Assembly: GCA_964645795.1 (NCBI GenBank)
Contig: CAZYCL010000004.1
Coordinates: 88,292 to 152,291 of the forward strand
Length of the DNA: 64,000 bases
Direction of reading: 5' to 3'
From: an uncultured Planctomycetales bacterium
GTDB lineage: Bacteria; Omnitrophota; Gorgyraeia; Gygaellales; Profunditerraquicolaceae
How positions within the stretch are numbered: the stretch's first letter is position 1; every line of letters begins with the position of its first letter. The translations under genes were made by a program, and so were the position numbers. Below the pieces are notes generated by a model. The model searched no databases. It worked only from the letters and a program-made list of their open reading frames with translations, and was not told the DNA's origin. This document shows positions 18,685-28,706 of the stretch, one piece after another.

Positions 18685-20507
18685 GGCCAACTCCCAGGCA
18701 ATGGCTCGTGTCTGTGCTGCTTGCCTTTTCCGCGGCCCTGCTCTGGCTTAAGCTTGAATACCCGGCTTACATATTCATGGATTTTTCCGTTGGCAGGGAA
18801 AAGGCATTAGCGCTTTCCCGGGATTATCTAAGGTCTTTGGGGGTCAAAGACCGGGATTACTCCAGCGCCGTTGTCTTCGGCGCGGATGACTGGGCAGACA
18901 GGTATCTGCAAAGGTCGGTCGGCCTTGATGCGCAGGAAAAGTTTTTGCGCAGCCACGGCTTTGAAATATTCTACTGGCAGGTCAGGTTCTTCCGGCCGCA
19001 GGAAAAAGAGGAGTATCAGCTTTACATAAGCCCCGCTACAGGCAAGGTCAACAGGTTCAGGCATTTTATCGAAGATACCGAGCGCCGAGTGGATTTAAAA
19101 AAAGACCAGGCGCGGGCCCTGGCCTGGGATTTCCTTCGCCGCAGCTTCGGGTTAGACCCCGGGGATTACGATTTCCATCAGGAGAATGTCCAGCGCCACG
19201 ACAACAGGACCGACTACAGGTTTTCATGGGAGAAAAAAGGCGTCTACGTGCCTTGGGGCAAAGACAAAGGGGGAGCCAAGCTCTTGGCAGAGGCCACCGT
19301 CTCGGGCAGGGAGATCCGGGAGTTTCGCAAGGGCAGCCTCGAGATCCCCGAGAAGTTCCACCGCTACATCAACGACCAGTTGATGCTGGGGGAAGTCCTT
19401 TACGGGCTGGGGTTCGTGGTGATAGTAGCGATGCTGGGCTGGGCCGTGCTTATTTTGGTTGGCCGCAAGGACGAGCTGGCCATACGCTCAAGCTCTAGAT
19501 GCTATTACCTGTTTGGGGCGGCTTTTGTCATCATTTATCTGGCTGCGCAGGCAAATAACTTCCAGTCCGCGGTCATGTTCTACCCCACAAGCGTAAAACC
19601 CTCCTCTTACCTGGCTTACTATTTACTCAATGTATTTATGAACGCCGCTTTCATGGCCGCTTCCTTTATAATATTTGCCGGGGTAGGAGAGTTTATTCTT
19701 AGTCTCAGGCCTTCGGCAGACCGTTACGCGAGCATGCTCCATTTTATAAGGTCCAGCTTCCTAAACCGCAGCCTCGCTAATTCCATAATGCTGGGTTACC
19801 TCTTTTTCATCATGATAGCCGGGATACAGGCAGCGGTTTACTGGGCGGGACAGGAGTTCTGCGGGGTCTGGAAGGAATGGGAACGCTTAAGCGAATTTTC
19901 CAGCGCCTACATCCCGTTTTTAAGCGTTTTTGCCCTGGGTTTTACTGCCGCGACCAGCGAAGAGCTTAGTTACCGGCTTTTCGGCATAAACTTCGCCACA
20001 AGATACCTGCGTAAACGCTGGCTGGCGGTGATATTGGTCTCGGTGATCTGGGGGCTGGAGCATTCAAATTATCCGGTTTTCCCGGTGTGGTTCAGGATAA
20101 TCGAGATATCGCTGGTCGGGATATTCCTGGGCCTGGTGTATCTGAGGTTCGGCCTGATCGCCGTTTTGGCAGCGCACTACCTTTTTGACGTGTTCCTGTC
20201 TACCGCCGCGCATCTGTTCGGGCGCAGCCACCCCTATCTTTTTATAAGCGCCCTGGCCGCCCTGCTTATCCCGCTTGTTTTGGCCGCCGCCGCTTTTATG
20301 CTCAACAGGACGGAAAAAGAAAGAGAGTGCGGCCAGATGTTAAGCCCGGCCCAGAAGTACAATCTCCGGATACTCGAGGTCTTTATCGCCGACAGGAAGG
20401 GCCGCGGCTCGGATGCAGGGCAGCTGCGCAAGGAGCTCTTAAGCAATAATTGGGATCCCCTGCTCGTAGATTTTGCCCTCAAGAAGGATGCGGAGGCCGG
20501 ACAATGA
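18681..20507 (+). CDS. CPBP-family (CAAX-protease-like) intramembrane metalloprotease with large N-terminal extracytoplasmic domain
   Basis: TM-rich C-terminal half carries the EELSYRLFG (EExxxR) and WGLEHS (FxxxH) CPBP motifs. The N-terminal ~250 aa is a soluble domain that follows a signal-anchor. Confidence 0.7.
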   Translation: MRPTPRQWLVSVLLAFSAALLWLKLEYPAYIFMDFSVGREKALALSRDYLRSLGVKDRDYSSAVVFGADDWADRYLQRSVGLDAQEKFLRSHGFEIFYWQVRFFRPQEKEEYQLYISPATGKVNRFRHFIEDTERRVDLKKDQARALAWDFLRRSFGLDPGDYDFHQENVQRHDNRTDYRFSWEKKGVYVPWGKDKGGAKLLAEATVSGREIREFRKGSLEIPEKFHRYINDQLMLGEVLYGLGFVVIVAMLGWAVLILVGRKDELAIRSSSRCYYLFGAAFVIIYLAAQANNFQSAVMFYPTSVKPSSYLAYYLLNVFMNAAFMAASFIIFAGVGEFILSLRPSADRYASMLHFIRSSFLNRSLANSIMLGYLFFIMIAGIQAAVYWAGQEFCGVWKEWERLSEFSSAYIPFLSVFALGFTAATSEELSYRLFGINFATRYLRKRWLAVILVSVIWGLEHSNYPVFPVWFRIIEISLVGIFLGLVYLRFGLIAVLAAHYLFDVFLSTAAHLFGRSHPYLFISALAALLIPLVLAAAAFMLNRTEKERECGQMLSPAQKYNLRILEVFIADRKGRGSDAGQLRKELLSNNWDPLLVDFALKKDAEAGQ

Positions 20508-21247
20508 TCAAATACGCATTATTGGGAGTAGCTCAGGGGCTTACGGAGTTCTTGCCGGTGAGCAGCTCCGGGCACCTGGTTGTCATGCAGCAGCTTCTGG
20601 GTATGCGCGGGGAGGAGGTCGCCGTCTCCCTTATCCTGCATTTGGGCACGATACTTTCCTTGCTGGTTTTTTTCTTTAAGGATATCCTTGCGGCGCTGCG
20701 CCAGCGCAGGACGCTGCTTCTTATCCTTCTGGTGACGCTGGTTACCGGTGCGGTAGGGTTAGCGGGTAAAGATTTTTTCGAAAGCCTGTTCTCTTCGGCC
20801 CGTTATGTGGCGGCGGCGTGGCTGGTGACGGGGGCGGTGATGATTTTGACCAGGCGGGCAATGGAGGGCAAAAGAACTGTGCTGACAGCCAAAGATGCCC
20901 TGGTGCTGGGCTTAAGCCAGGCAGCGGCGATAATCCCGAGCCTGTCGCGCTCAGGACTGACCATCGCCTCGCTGTTATTTAGAAAGATCGATAAGGAAGC
21001 CGCCTTTAAGTTTTCCTTCCTTGCCGGCATGCCGGCGATAATGGGCGCGGCAATACTTGAGGCTAAAGAGATCGACCTGGCCCTGCGGTTGAACCCCCTG
21101 AATCTTGCCGCGGGGTTTATTTTTAGCTTTTTAAGCGGCCTGCTTGCCCTATGCCTGTTGCGCCAGGCGATAAATAAAGCACGGTTGCATTATTTCGGAT
21201 ATTATTGTATAGTAGTTGCGATAGCAGCTTTTCTCTTCGTAAGATAA
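20504..21247 (+). CDS. uppP: undecaprenyl-diphosphatase UppP (BacA)
   Basis: GLTEFLPVSSSGHL and SRSGLTI motifs. Start set at ATG 20504 (ATGA overlap with the upstream stop) rather than the six-frame ORF start at 20450. Confidence 0.85.
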   Translation: MIKYALLGVAQGLTEFLPVSSSGHLVVMQQLLGMRGEEVAVSLILHLGTILSLLVFFFKDILAALRQRRTLLLILLVTLVTGAVGLAGKDFFESLFSSARYVAAAWLVTGAVMILTRRAMEGKRTVLTAKDALVLGLSQAAAIIPSLSRSGLTIASLLFRKIDKEAAFKFSFLAGMPAIMGAAILEAKEIDLALRLNPLNLAAGFIFSFLSGLLALCLLRQAINKARLHYFGYYCIVVAIAAFLFVR

Positions 21248-21248
21248 T

Positions 21249-22151
21249 ATGAGCATAATCGTTTTAGGCACAGTAGCGCTGGATACGGTAAAGACCGCCT
21301 TTGGCATGCGCCGCCAGATGCTCGGCGGCTCGGCGGTGCATTTTTCCATGTCCTGTCGGCTTTTTACCAAAGTGCACCTGGTGGCGATTGTCGGAAAAGA
21401 TTTTCCCCAGAGGCATATAAGGTTTTTGGAGCAAAAAAGCCTGGACCTGACCAGCCTGATCCGCACCGAAGGAAAGACCTTTCAGTGGTCGGGCGAATAC
21501 CGGCCGCACGATTTAAACAGCGCCCTTACTTTAAGCACCGAGCTGGGGGTGTTGACCGGTTTCCGTCCCGCGGTCTGCGCCAGCCAGAAGTGCATACCGA
21601 ATATTTTTCTGGCCAATATCGACCCCGAACTTCAAGATTGTCTATTGAGCGGCATGTGCAAGAGGCGCCTGGTGGCCATGGATAGCATGAACTATTGGAT
21701 ACACAACAAGCGTAAGCCCCTTTTGAGGCTCTTAAAAAAGGTGGATATATATGTGGCCAACGATCAGGAGGCCAGGGACCTTTCGGGAGAATGCAATCTT
21801 ATTATGGCGGGGAAAAAACTGAAATCCCTCGGCCCGAAGATGGTGCTGATAAAAAAGGGCGAACACGGCGTCTTGTTCTGCGGGGCGGATTTTATTTTCT
21901 CGCTTCCCGCTTATCCGGTGGACAGGGTAGTCGATCCCACCGGCGCCGGAGACACCTTTGCCGGAGCCTTTATGGGTTACCTTTGCGCAGCCCCCAGGAT
22001 ATCAGCCGAAAGGATAAAGAAGGCCCTGGCCTACGGGACAGTGGCCGCATCTTTTAACATCGAAGGATTTGGCGTGGATAAGACATCCAGGCTGACCCGC
22101 AGCCACCTCGATAAGAGATTGGCGTGCTTTAAGAGGTGTTTTGATTTTTAA
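21249..22151 (+). CDS. PfkB-family carbohydrate/nucleoside kinase
   Basis: PfkB C-terminal signature DPTGAGDTFAGAF, 300 aa. Confidence 0.8.
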   Translation: MSIIVLGTVALDTVKTAFGMRRQMLGGSAVHFSMSCRLFTKVHLVAIVGKDFPQRHIRFLEQKSLDLTSLIRTEGKTFQWSGEYRPHDLNSALTLSTELGVLTGFRPAVCASQKCIPNIFLANIDPELQDCLLSGMCKRRLVAMDSMNYWIHNKRKPLLRLLKKVDIYVANDQEARDLSGECNLIMAGKKLKSLGPKMVLIKKGEHGVLFCGADFIFSLPAYPVDRVVDPTGAGDTFAGAFMGYLCAAPRISAERIKKALAYGTVAASFNIEGFGVDKTSRLTRSHLDKRLACFKRCFDF

Positions 22152-22167
22152 CCCGCAAGAGGTAAAG

Positions 22168-22626
22168 ATGTCTTTTGAAGAAAAGCTGCTCAACGATTAT
22201 AAAGAAGCGATGAAGGCCAGGGACAGCCTTAAGTCCGGGGTGTTGAATTTCCTGCGCGCGGAGATGATCAACGTCGCCCTCGCCAAAAAGAAGGGCAAGC
22301 TCGATGACAGCGAGGCCCTGACAGTGGTCAGAAAGCAGATCAAGTCGCGCCAGGATTCCATCGAGCAGTTTACCAAAGGCGGCCGTCTGGATTTGGCGGA
22401 AAAGGAGAAAAAAGAGGCCGAGATCCTGAAGGCTTATCTGCCCCGGCAGCTGGATATCGAACAGCTCAATAAGATCATAGATGAAGCCGCGGCCGAAACA
22501 GGCGCCTGCGAGTTAAAAGACATGGGGAGGTTAATGAAGGAAGTAAATACCAGGGTAGCCGGACAGGCCGACGGAAAGCTGATAAGCGACCTGGTCCGCA
22601 AGAAACTCTCTAAGGTAGCTGGATAA
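22168..22626 (+). CDS. GatB/YqeY domain protein
   Basis: Pattern MSFEEKLLNDYKEAMKARDSLKSGVLNFLRAEM...KQIKSRQDSIEQF...AEILKAYLP is typical of YqeY. Start moved to the ATG with SD AGAGGT. Confidence 0.8.
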   Translation: MSFEEKLLNDYKEAMKARDSLKSGVLNFLRAEMINVALAKKKGKLDDSEALTVVRKQIKSRQDSIEQFTKGGRLDLAEKEKKEAEILKAYLPRQLDIEQLNKIIDEAAAETGACELKDMGRLMKEVNTRVAGQADGKLISDLVRKKLSKVAG

Positions 22627-22656
22627 CCCTTAAGTTTTTATTTGGGATTCATAGCG

Positions 22657-22686
22657 AGCCGCCTGATGGTCAAGGCGGCTTTTTTG
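22657..22686 (+). terminator. Rho-independent terminator
   Basis: AGCCGCCT-gatggtca-AGGCGGCT hairpin followed by TTTTTTGTT, immediately after the yqeY stop. Confidence 0.7.
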
Positions 22687-22709
22687 TTGGCCGGTGCAAG
22701 GAGCAAGTA

Positions 22710-25034
22710 ATGAAGATCTATGCCAAGTCTGTGACGCTGCTTGTCCTTTTTGCCGTTTTTTTGACCACAGGCATCTTTTTGGATTTAAAAGCCGCAGGCC
22801 AGCCCGCAGGCAATAGCCGCTGTCTTGTGCATGCGGTATTTTACGGTCTTAGCTTAGCGGTATTTACGGCATTTGTCCTGGGCGTGGCGCGCAAGCTAAG
22901 GTTGGTTGCGGCCGGGTTAAAATCCCAAGATGCGCCCCTCTTTGCCAGGATGCGGGAAGGCAAAGACGAGTTCGCGGATATCGCCGGAACACTTACCCTG
23001 TATTTCTGGCAGAAGGAAGAGTTGGCCAGGCGGACCCAGGAGCGCATGACCACCGAGGAGGCCCTGCGTGATTCCGAGGTAAAGTACTCGGTGCTGGTGG
23101 AGTATGCCAAGGACGGGGTGGTCATAGTCCAGGACGGGCTGCTTAAGTTCACCAACCGCGCTATTGAAAACATACTCGGATATAATAATCAGGAGCTGGT
23201 AGACATGCCTCTGGAGGCGGTGCTGGCTCCGGAGTACCGGCAGATGACCATACGCATGTATATGCTGCGCATGGCCGGCGATAACGTGCCGAACTTTTAC
23301 GAGGCCAGGATGCTCTGTAAGGACGGCACGGTCAAAGACATCGAGATATCGGCCTCTATTATCCGTTATCAGGGAAAGAACGCGAGCATGGCGATATTAA
23401 GGGACGTCACGGAACGGAAAAAAATGGAGAACGAATTGCGGCAGGCAAAGGAGCAGGCGGAGTTTGCCAGCCGCGCCAAGAGCCAGTTCCTGGCGAACAT
23501 GTCGCATGAGATACGCACTCCCATGAACGCCATCGTGGGCTTCGCGGACCTCCTGCGTTACTCCAGCCTTGACCGGACCCAGAAATCATATCTGGATACG
23601 ATCTGCGCCAGCGGCGAAGCTTTGCTTACCGTCATAGACGATATACTGGATATCTCCAAGATCGAAGCCGGCAAGATACAGCTCGATAACATAGATTTTA
23701 ACCTTGAATATCTGGTCGAAAGCGTGATCAAAATAGTCAGCCACAGGCTTAAAAGCGGGCAGGTCGAGCTGTTCTATGAGTTCGCAGAAGATACGCCGCG
23801 GGATTACAAGGGGGATCCGGCCCGCGTACGTCAGATACTGCTTAACATCCTAAGCAATGCGGTCAAGTTCACGGAGAAGGGGGTGATCTCGGTCAGGGTC
23901 AGCCTCGAAGAGCCGATACCCGCGCCTCAAGAAGGCCCCTGCAGGCTACGCGTCTGCATCAAGGATACGGGCATAGGGATCGCCCGCGACAAGCAGGCCA
24001 AAATATTCCAGGCCTTCAGCCAGGCAGACGCTTCTACCGCCAAAGAATACGGAGGCACGGGGCTGGGGCTCTATATTTGCAAGACATTGGTTGAGCTGAT
24101 GAGCGGCAGGATCTGGCTGGAATCGCAGGAGGGCTCGGGCAGCGAGTTCATATTCACCGTCATGCTCACTAAGGCGCTGCCTGTAGTTGATAAAGACATC
24201 GCGCCGGTAAAGCCGCAGCTTTTAAAGGACAAAAAGGTAGCGATCATTGAGGCCAACCGGACGCTGCAGGGGCTGCTGGAGGACCACTGCCGCAATGCCC
24301 AGATGCGGGTATGCTTTAAATCCTCGAACATCAAAGACGCCCTGGAGTGGCTTTGCGCCCAGGCAGAGCTGCCCGATATCATGCTCTGCGACGTGCGGCT
24401 GGACAGCAGCGAAGGATACGCCCTGGCCAGGGTCCTAAAGCGGGAGGTAAAGTATAAGGACATAAAACTGGTCGCCATAACGACAGAAGCCAAGACCGGA
24501 GCCGCGCGCAGCCTTCAGGAAGCGGGCTTTGACGCGTATCTGCCCAAGCCCGTGATAAAGAACGACCTGATGAGCGTTATCCAGATCGTGCTGGGAGACA
24601 AGCGCGCTGAAAAGCAGATCATCACCCGGCACATGGCCCAGGAGCTGCTGTTAAAGGGCATAAGGGTGCTGGTAGTCGAAGACAACGAAGTGAATTCAAG
24701 GCTTATCAATATCATGCTGGCCAATCTCGGATGCATCGTTGAGACGGCGGTAAACGGCAGGGAGGCGATAGAAAAGATCAAGGCGGCTAACTTCGACATC
24801 ATACTAATGGATATCCAGATGCCGGAGCTTGACGGCATAGAAACTACCAAGTTTATCCGCAACCAGCTTAAAAGCAAGATCCCGGTAGTGGCATTTACTG
24901 CCGCGGTGATGAAGGACGACGAGCAGAAGGCGCTATCTGCCGGCATGGACGGGTTCCTCAGCAAACCCATCACCGTGGAAAAGCTTAAGAACATGTTCAT
25001 CCAGCAGCAGATCATCCTGCGCTCGCAAGAATGA
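22710..25034 (+). CDS. hybrid sensor histidine kinase (TM sensor, PAS, HisKA, HATPase, receiver-like and receiver domains)
   Basis: H-box LANMSHEIRTPMNAI, N/G boxes (ILSNAVKFT, DTGIGI, YGGTGLGLYIC) and a C-terminal receiver (VLVVEDNEVN...ILMDIQMPELDG...KP). Paralog of the gene at 37874-40177. Confidence 0.9.
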   Translation: MKIYAKSVTLLVLFAVFLTTGIFLDLKAAGQPAGNSRCLVHAVFYGLSLAVFTAFVLGVARKLRLVAAGLKSQDAPLFARMREGKDEFADIAGTLTLYFWQKEELARRTQERMTTEEALRDSEVKYSVLVEYAKDGVVIVQDGLLKFTNRAIENILGYNNQELVDMPLEAVLAPEYRQMTIRMYMLRMAGDNVPNFYEARMLCKDGTVKDIEISASIIRYQGKNASMAILRDVTERKKMENELRQAKEQAEFASRAKSQFLANMSHEIRTPMNAIVGFADLLRYSSLDRTQKSYLDTICASGEALLTVIDDILDISKIEAGKIQLDNIDFNLEYLVESVIKIVSHRLKSGQVELFYEFAEDTPRDYKGDPARVRQILLNILSNAVKFTEKGVISVRVSLEEPIPAPQEGPCRLRVCIKDTGIGIARDKQAKIFQAFSQADASTAKEYGGTGLGLYICKTLVELMSGRIWLESQEGSGSEFIFTVMLTKALPVVDKDIAPVKPQLLKDKKVAIIEANRTLQGLLEDHCRNAQMRVCFKSSNIKDALEWLCAQAELPDIMLCDVRLDSSEGYALARVLKREVKYKDIKLVAITTEAKTGAARSLQEAGFDAYLPKPVIKNDLMSVIQIVLGDKRAEKQIITRHMAQELLLKGIRVLVVEDNEVNSRLINIMLANLGCIVETAVNGREAIEKIKAANFDIILMDIQMPELDGIETTKFIRNQLKSKIPVVAFTAAVMKDDEQKALSAGMDGFLSKPITVEKLKNMFIQQQIILRSQE

Positions 25035-25047
25035 TGTTATAACCCCA

Positions 25048-25076
25048 TTGACTTTGCCCTCTGGCTGGAGTAGAAT
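25048..25076 (+). promoter_or_regulatory. candidate sigma70 promoter (TTGACT-17 bp-TAGAAT)
   Basis: TTGACT at 25048-25053, a 17-nt spacer and TAGAAT at 25071-25076, upstream of the second TonB-dependent receptor. Confidence 0.4.
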
Positions 25077-25111
25077 TCCTATTATTGTCGCAGCAGCCGG
25101 CCGGGGAGGAT

Positions 25112-26953
25112 ATGAGGCTTAGAGTATATTTATCACTGGCGTTGTTTCTATTATTGATTACCAGCCAGGTTTTCGCCCTTGAGCCGGAGGTGGAGCTGGA
25201 AAAGATACTGGTTACTAATCGCCGGGCGGACAGCTTTTTATCGCAAGCCACTGAGAATATTGAAGTTTTAAACGCGGGTAAGATCGAGAAGATACCCGCG
25301 CAAAACCTTTCCGAGGTCTTAAAGAGGATCGGCGCAGTGGACATCCAGCCGCGCCAGGGCTTTGGCCGGGCGACATCGATCAGTATCCAAGGCTGTGAAA
25401 GCCGGCAGGTCAAGATGCTCATTGACGGCATCCCCCTGAATACTCAATCCTCAGGCCAGGTCAACCCCGCTGAATTCCCCGTTGAATACATAAAGCGCAT
25501 CGAGGTCATTAAGGGCGCTGCTTCCAGCCTTTGGGGTTCGGGGCTGGGAGGGGTGATCAATATCGTCACCAAAGACACGGGTAAAGAGCTTGTTCCTACG
25601 GGAAGCATTACTTCGTCTTTTGCCGAGCATCGCAGCCGCAGGCAGGCCCTGGACCTGGCAGGCGCAGCCGGGGGCCTCGGTTATTATCTTTTTTCCAGCC
25701 TGACGGAATCGGGCGGCCGCGGCCGGCACGATGACGTTTTGGAGAAAAAGGCCTTTGGCAAAATATCCTACGACCTGAAAGAAGCGGGAAAACTCCTCTG
25801 TTCTTTCGGTTTCAGCCAGGCCGATGTCAACAGCGGCATATACCCTGACGGAAGCTGGGATTCCCAGCCTTACCGCGACCGTTACGGTAAAATAAGCTGG
25901 GAGAATAATATCGGAGCGGCTGACCTGAAGATAGAGGCAAAGCATTTCCGCAAGGATATCGTCACCAAATACTTCGCCACCGCCGAAGACAACGATGCGT
26001 ATATGCTGTTGCGTTTCAAAGACGTGTTGTATCAGTTGAGCGTCAGTTCGAGTTGGAAGCCCAGGGACAAAGACCTCCTGGTAATAGGCGCGGATTTCGA
26101 TTGCGATAATGTCAAAAGCGACGCTTATCTGGATAAGGCTAAAACAGTGCGCACGCAGGCGCCTTATCTTAACTATACCCTTGAATTAGGCCCATGGAGC
26201 CTTAACGCCGGGGCGCGTTACGATAATAACAGCGAATTCGGCGAAGCGCTCAGCCCTTCTCTGGGAGCGGTCTACCGTATTCAGGGTTTACCGGCTACCC
26301 TTATCCGCGCAAGCGTATCGCGCGCCTTTACTGCTCCGCCCCTGCTCTGGAAGCACAACCAGAATCCCAATCTATGGACCCTTCCCGCAACAGGCCTTAA
26401 GCCGGAAAGGGCCTGGGTATACGAACTGGGAGGGGAGAGTGAGCTTCAGCCCTGGCTGTGGGTCAAGCTCGGCCTTTACCGCGCCGACATTAAGGACGCC
26501 ATAGACGATGATTATACCGAGACCGGCGAGCGCTATAAAAGAAATTACTATAAATTCTTAAGGCAGGGCGCAGAGCTGCAGCTGCGCTGGAAGCTTAGCG
26601 AAGAATTCAGCTTCATGGGAGGGGCAGCCTTTAACGATATCAAGGACAAGACCACTAAACAAACCCTGCGCGGCGCAGGCAGGCCCAGGCAGAGCTTTGA
26701 CGCCGGGTTCGAGTATCAAAATAAATGGGGGCTGTCTATCGGGATATTCGGCAGCTATGACCGTTTCGGCGAGCCGCCGGCCTTTGAGCCCAATGACCGC
26801 AAGATGCTCTGGGATATGAAGATATCCTGGGAGAACAAGCACATCAAACCGTTCCTTAATATTTATAACCTTGGAAACAGCTCTTATTGGGATGATTACT
26901 GGTTCCCCGTTCCGGAAAGATACTTCGAAGGCGGGATCACCATTAAGTGGTAA
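25112..26953 (+). CDS. TonB-dependent outer-membrane receptor (paralog of 11941-13779)
   Basis: Signal peptide MRLRVYLSLALFLLLITSQVFA and plug motifs (IDGIPLN, IKRIEVIKGAASSLWGSGLGGVINIVTK). C-terminal barrel ends in W. ATG 25112 with SD GGGGAGGA is preferred over the TTG at 25085. Confidence 0.8.
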   Translation: MRLRVYLSLALFLLLITSQVFALEPEVELEKILVTNRRADSFLSQATENIEVLNAGKIEKIPAQNLSEVLKRIGAVDIQPRQGFGRATSISIQGCESRQVKMLIDGIPLNTQSSGQVNPAEFPVEYIKRIEVIKGAASSLWGSGLGGVINIVTKDTGKELVPTGSITSSFAEHRSRRQALDLAGAAGGLGYYLFSSLTESGGRGRHDDVLEKKAFGKISYDLKEAGKLLCSFGFSQADVNSGIYPDGSWDSQPYRDRYGKISWENNIGAADLKIEAKHFRKDIVTKYFATAEDNDAYMLLRFKDVLYQLSVSSSWKPRDKDLLVIGADFDCDNVKSDAYLDKAKTVRTQAPYLNYTLELGPWSLNAGARYDNNSEFGEALSPSLGAVYRIQGLPATLIRASVSRAFTAPPLLWKHNQNPNLWTLPATGLKPERAWVYELGGESELQPWLWVKLGLYRADIKDAIDDDYTETGERYKRNYYKFLRQGAELQLRWKLSEEFSFMGGAAFNDIKDKTTKQTLRGAGRPRQSFDAGFEYQNKWGLSIGIFGSYDRFGEPPAFEPNDRKMLWDMKISWENKHIKPFLNIYNLGNSSYWDDYWFPVPERYFEGGITIKW

Positions 26954-26980
26954 GGCTTAGCGTTTAATTACAGGAGCCGC

Positions 26981-28600
26981 ATGTTAAGAGCAATCCCCTG
27001 TCTTTTCCTGATCCTGGTCCTTCCTTTTAATATCAGCGCCAAAGATATCAATACGCAGTCCGGTCCTTACGGCGGCACCCTTGTCTGGGGCAGCTGTTAT
27101 CCTCCGACGATAATCAACCCTATCCTTACGACCCACAGTATTTCGATGACCCTGCAGGACCTTATTTTTAATAAGCTGATCCGCCTGAATTCTAAAGGAG
27201 AGCTGGAAGGCGACCTGGCTGAAAAGTGGGAAGTATCCGAAGACGGGCTGACCTACACTTTTTATCTGCGCCGGGGAGTGCGTTTTCATGACGGGGCAGA
27301 GCTGAGCTCCCAAGATGTGAAGTTTACCTTCGATAAGATCACTGATCCCCAAACCAGCTCGCCTTTTCGTTCGCTTTTTGACCTGGTCAAGGAGTTTAGA
27401 GCCAAAGATAAATACGTCTTCCAGGTCGAGCTGACCAAGGCCAGCCCTTCATTCATTTACCGGCTGATAAAGGAGATCGCGCCCAGGCATCTTCTGGAGA
27501 ATAAAGATTTGAATAAAGCCGCCTTTAATCGCTCACCCGTAGGCACCGGGCCGTTTAGATTCAGAGAGTGGAGCAAGGACGGAGAGATCATCCTTGAGTA
27601 CAACCCGGATTATTATGAGGGCAGGCCGTATTTAGACAGGATAATCGTAAAGACCTATCCTGATTCGCACAAGCTCTGCGCGGCAATGATGCGCCAGGAG
27701 GCAGACCTGGCTTTTTACATCGATAAAGATGATTATGAGATGATAAAGAAAGATCCTTCGTTTCACGCTTATGCCCTTGCGGTGGATACGTATTACGCCA
27801 TGGTCTATAATCTTGAGGATCCTATCCTGTCTGATATAAGGGTAAGGCAGGCAATCGTCCATGCTGTTAACCGTAAAGCCCTGATCGAAGAGGTAGCTTC
27901 CGGTTACGGTGAAGAGAGTATTGGGCCGTTTTCTTTCGCCTCCCCGGCTTTTAACCGCGGGATAAAACCTTTTGAGTTTGATCCGCAAAAGGCAAAGGCG
28001 CTCTTGGATACTGCGGGATGGAGGCATAGGGATGGAGACGGCATACGCGAAAAAAAAGGCATAAAGTTAGAATTACGGGTTTTAGTTGATTCCCGTCAGC
28101 CAGTGCTTAAACGTATTGCAATGGTCTTAAGGCAACAGCTACAGTCCGTGGGGCTGAAGCTTACCGTTCATTTGTACAATGATGATACTGAACTGACAGA
28201 GGATCGTTTGCAGAATAATGCGCAAGCTCAAATAATAACATTGATTTCAACAAGAGAAGACCCCGGGCAATTATTAGATTGGTCTCCAGAGGAGTACTCC
28301 GAGACTTATTGTCTGTGGATGTATAAAAACCCAGAAATAGCGAGATATTTTAGTTTAGGCAGGATTTGTAAAAGCGCAGAGAAAAGAAAACGGATTTATC
28401 AAAAAATCCACAACATCATTTATGCAGATCAGCCCGCCTGCTTTCTTTATTTCCCATCCTCTTTCTTTGCTTCTTCATCAAGAATCCAAAATATTGATGA
28501 GCTTTTTACGCATACCGTGCCGGTTTACACAATTAAAAACTGCACAATTAAAGAAGGTAGTTTGTCTCAAGACAGAAGGGAGGTGAGAAAATGGAGGTAA
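26981..28600 (+). CDS. ABC-transporter substrate-binding protein, family 5 (peptide/nickel/opine-type SBP)
   Basis: Signal peptide and an SBP_bac_5-like core (GPFRFREWSKDGEIILEYNPDYYEGRPYLDRI, AMVYNLEDP), 539 aa. No cognate permease or ATPase genes are adjacent. Confidence 0.75.
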   Translation: MLRAIPCLFLILVLPFNISAKDINTQSGPYGGTLVWGSCYPPTIINPILTTHSISMTLQDLIFNKLIRLNSKGELEGDLAEKWEVSEDGLTYTFYLRRGVRFHDGAELSSQDVKFTFDKITDPQTSSPFRSLFDLVKEFRAKDKYVFQVELTKASPSFIYRLIKEIAPRHLLENKDLNKAAFNRSPVGTGPFRFREWSKDGEIILEYNPDYYEGRPYLDRIIVKTYPDSHKLCAAMMRQEADLAFYIDKDDYEMIKKDPSFHAYALAVDTYYAMVYNLEDPILSDIRVRQAIVHAVNRKALIEEVASGYGEESIGPFSFASPAFNRGIKPFEFDPQKAKALLDTAGWRHRDGDGIREKKGIKLELRVLVDSRQPVLKRIAMVLRQQLQSVGLKLTVHLYNDDTELTEDRLQNNAQAQIITLISTREDPGQLLDWSPEEYSETYCLWMYKNPEIARYFSLGRICKSAEKRKRIYQKIHNIIYADQPACFLYFPSSFFASSSRIQNIDELFTHTVPVYTIKNCTIKEGSLSQDRREVRKWR

Positions 28601-28686
28601 TCAGGTTTGGGTCAGATGTAGTTTCGCAGATGACTCCAAGAGGTTGTTGTTACCCCGTAGGTTCAATGTCAGTTCGCGTAAGGTAA
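28591..28686 (+). CDS. small Cys-containing peptide ORF (31 aa: MEVIRFGSDVVSQMTPRGCCYPVGSMSVRVR), candidate RiPP precursor
   Basis: ATG 28591 is preceded by a strong SD GGGAGGTGA at 7-nt spacing. It lies 20 nt upstream of a radical-SAM/SPASM gene and was not in the six-frame track, which shows nothing shorter than 60 aa. It overlaps the last 10 nt of the SBP gene in another frame. Confidence 0.4.
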   Translation: MEVIRFGSDVVSQMTPRGCCYPVGSMSVRVR

Positions 28687-28706
28687 GAAAAGCATCCAAG
28701 TAGCGG

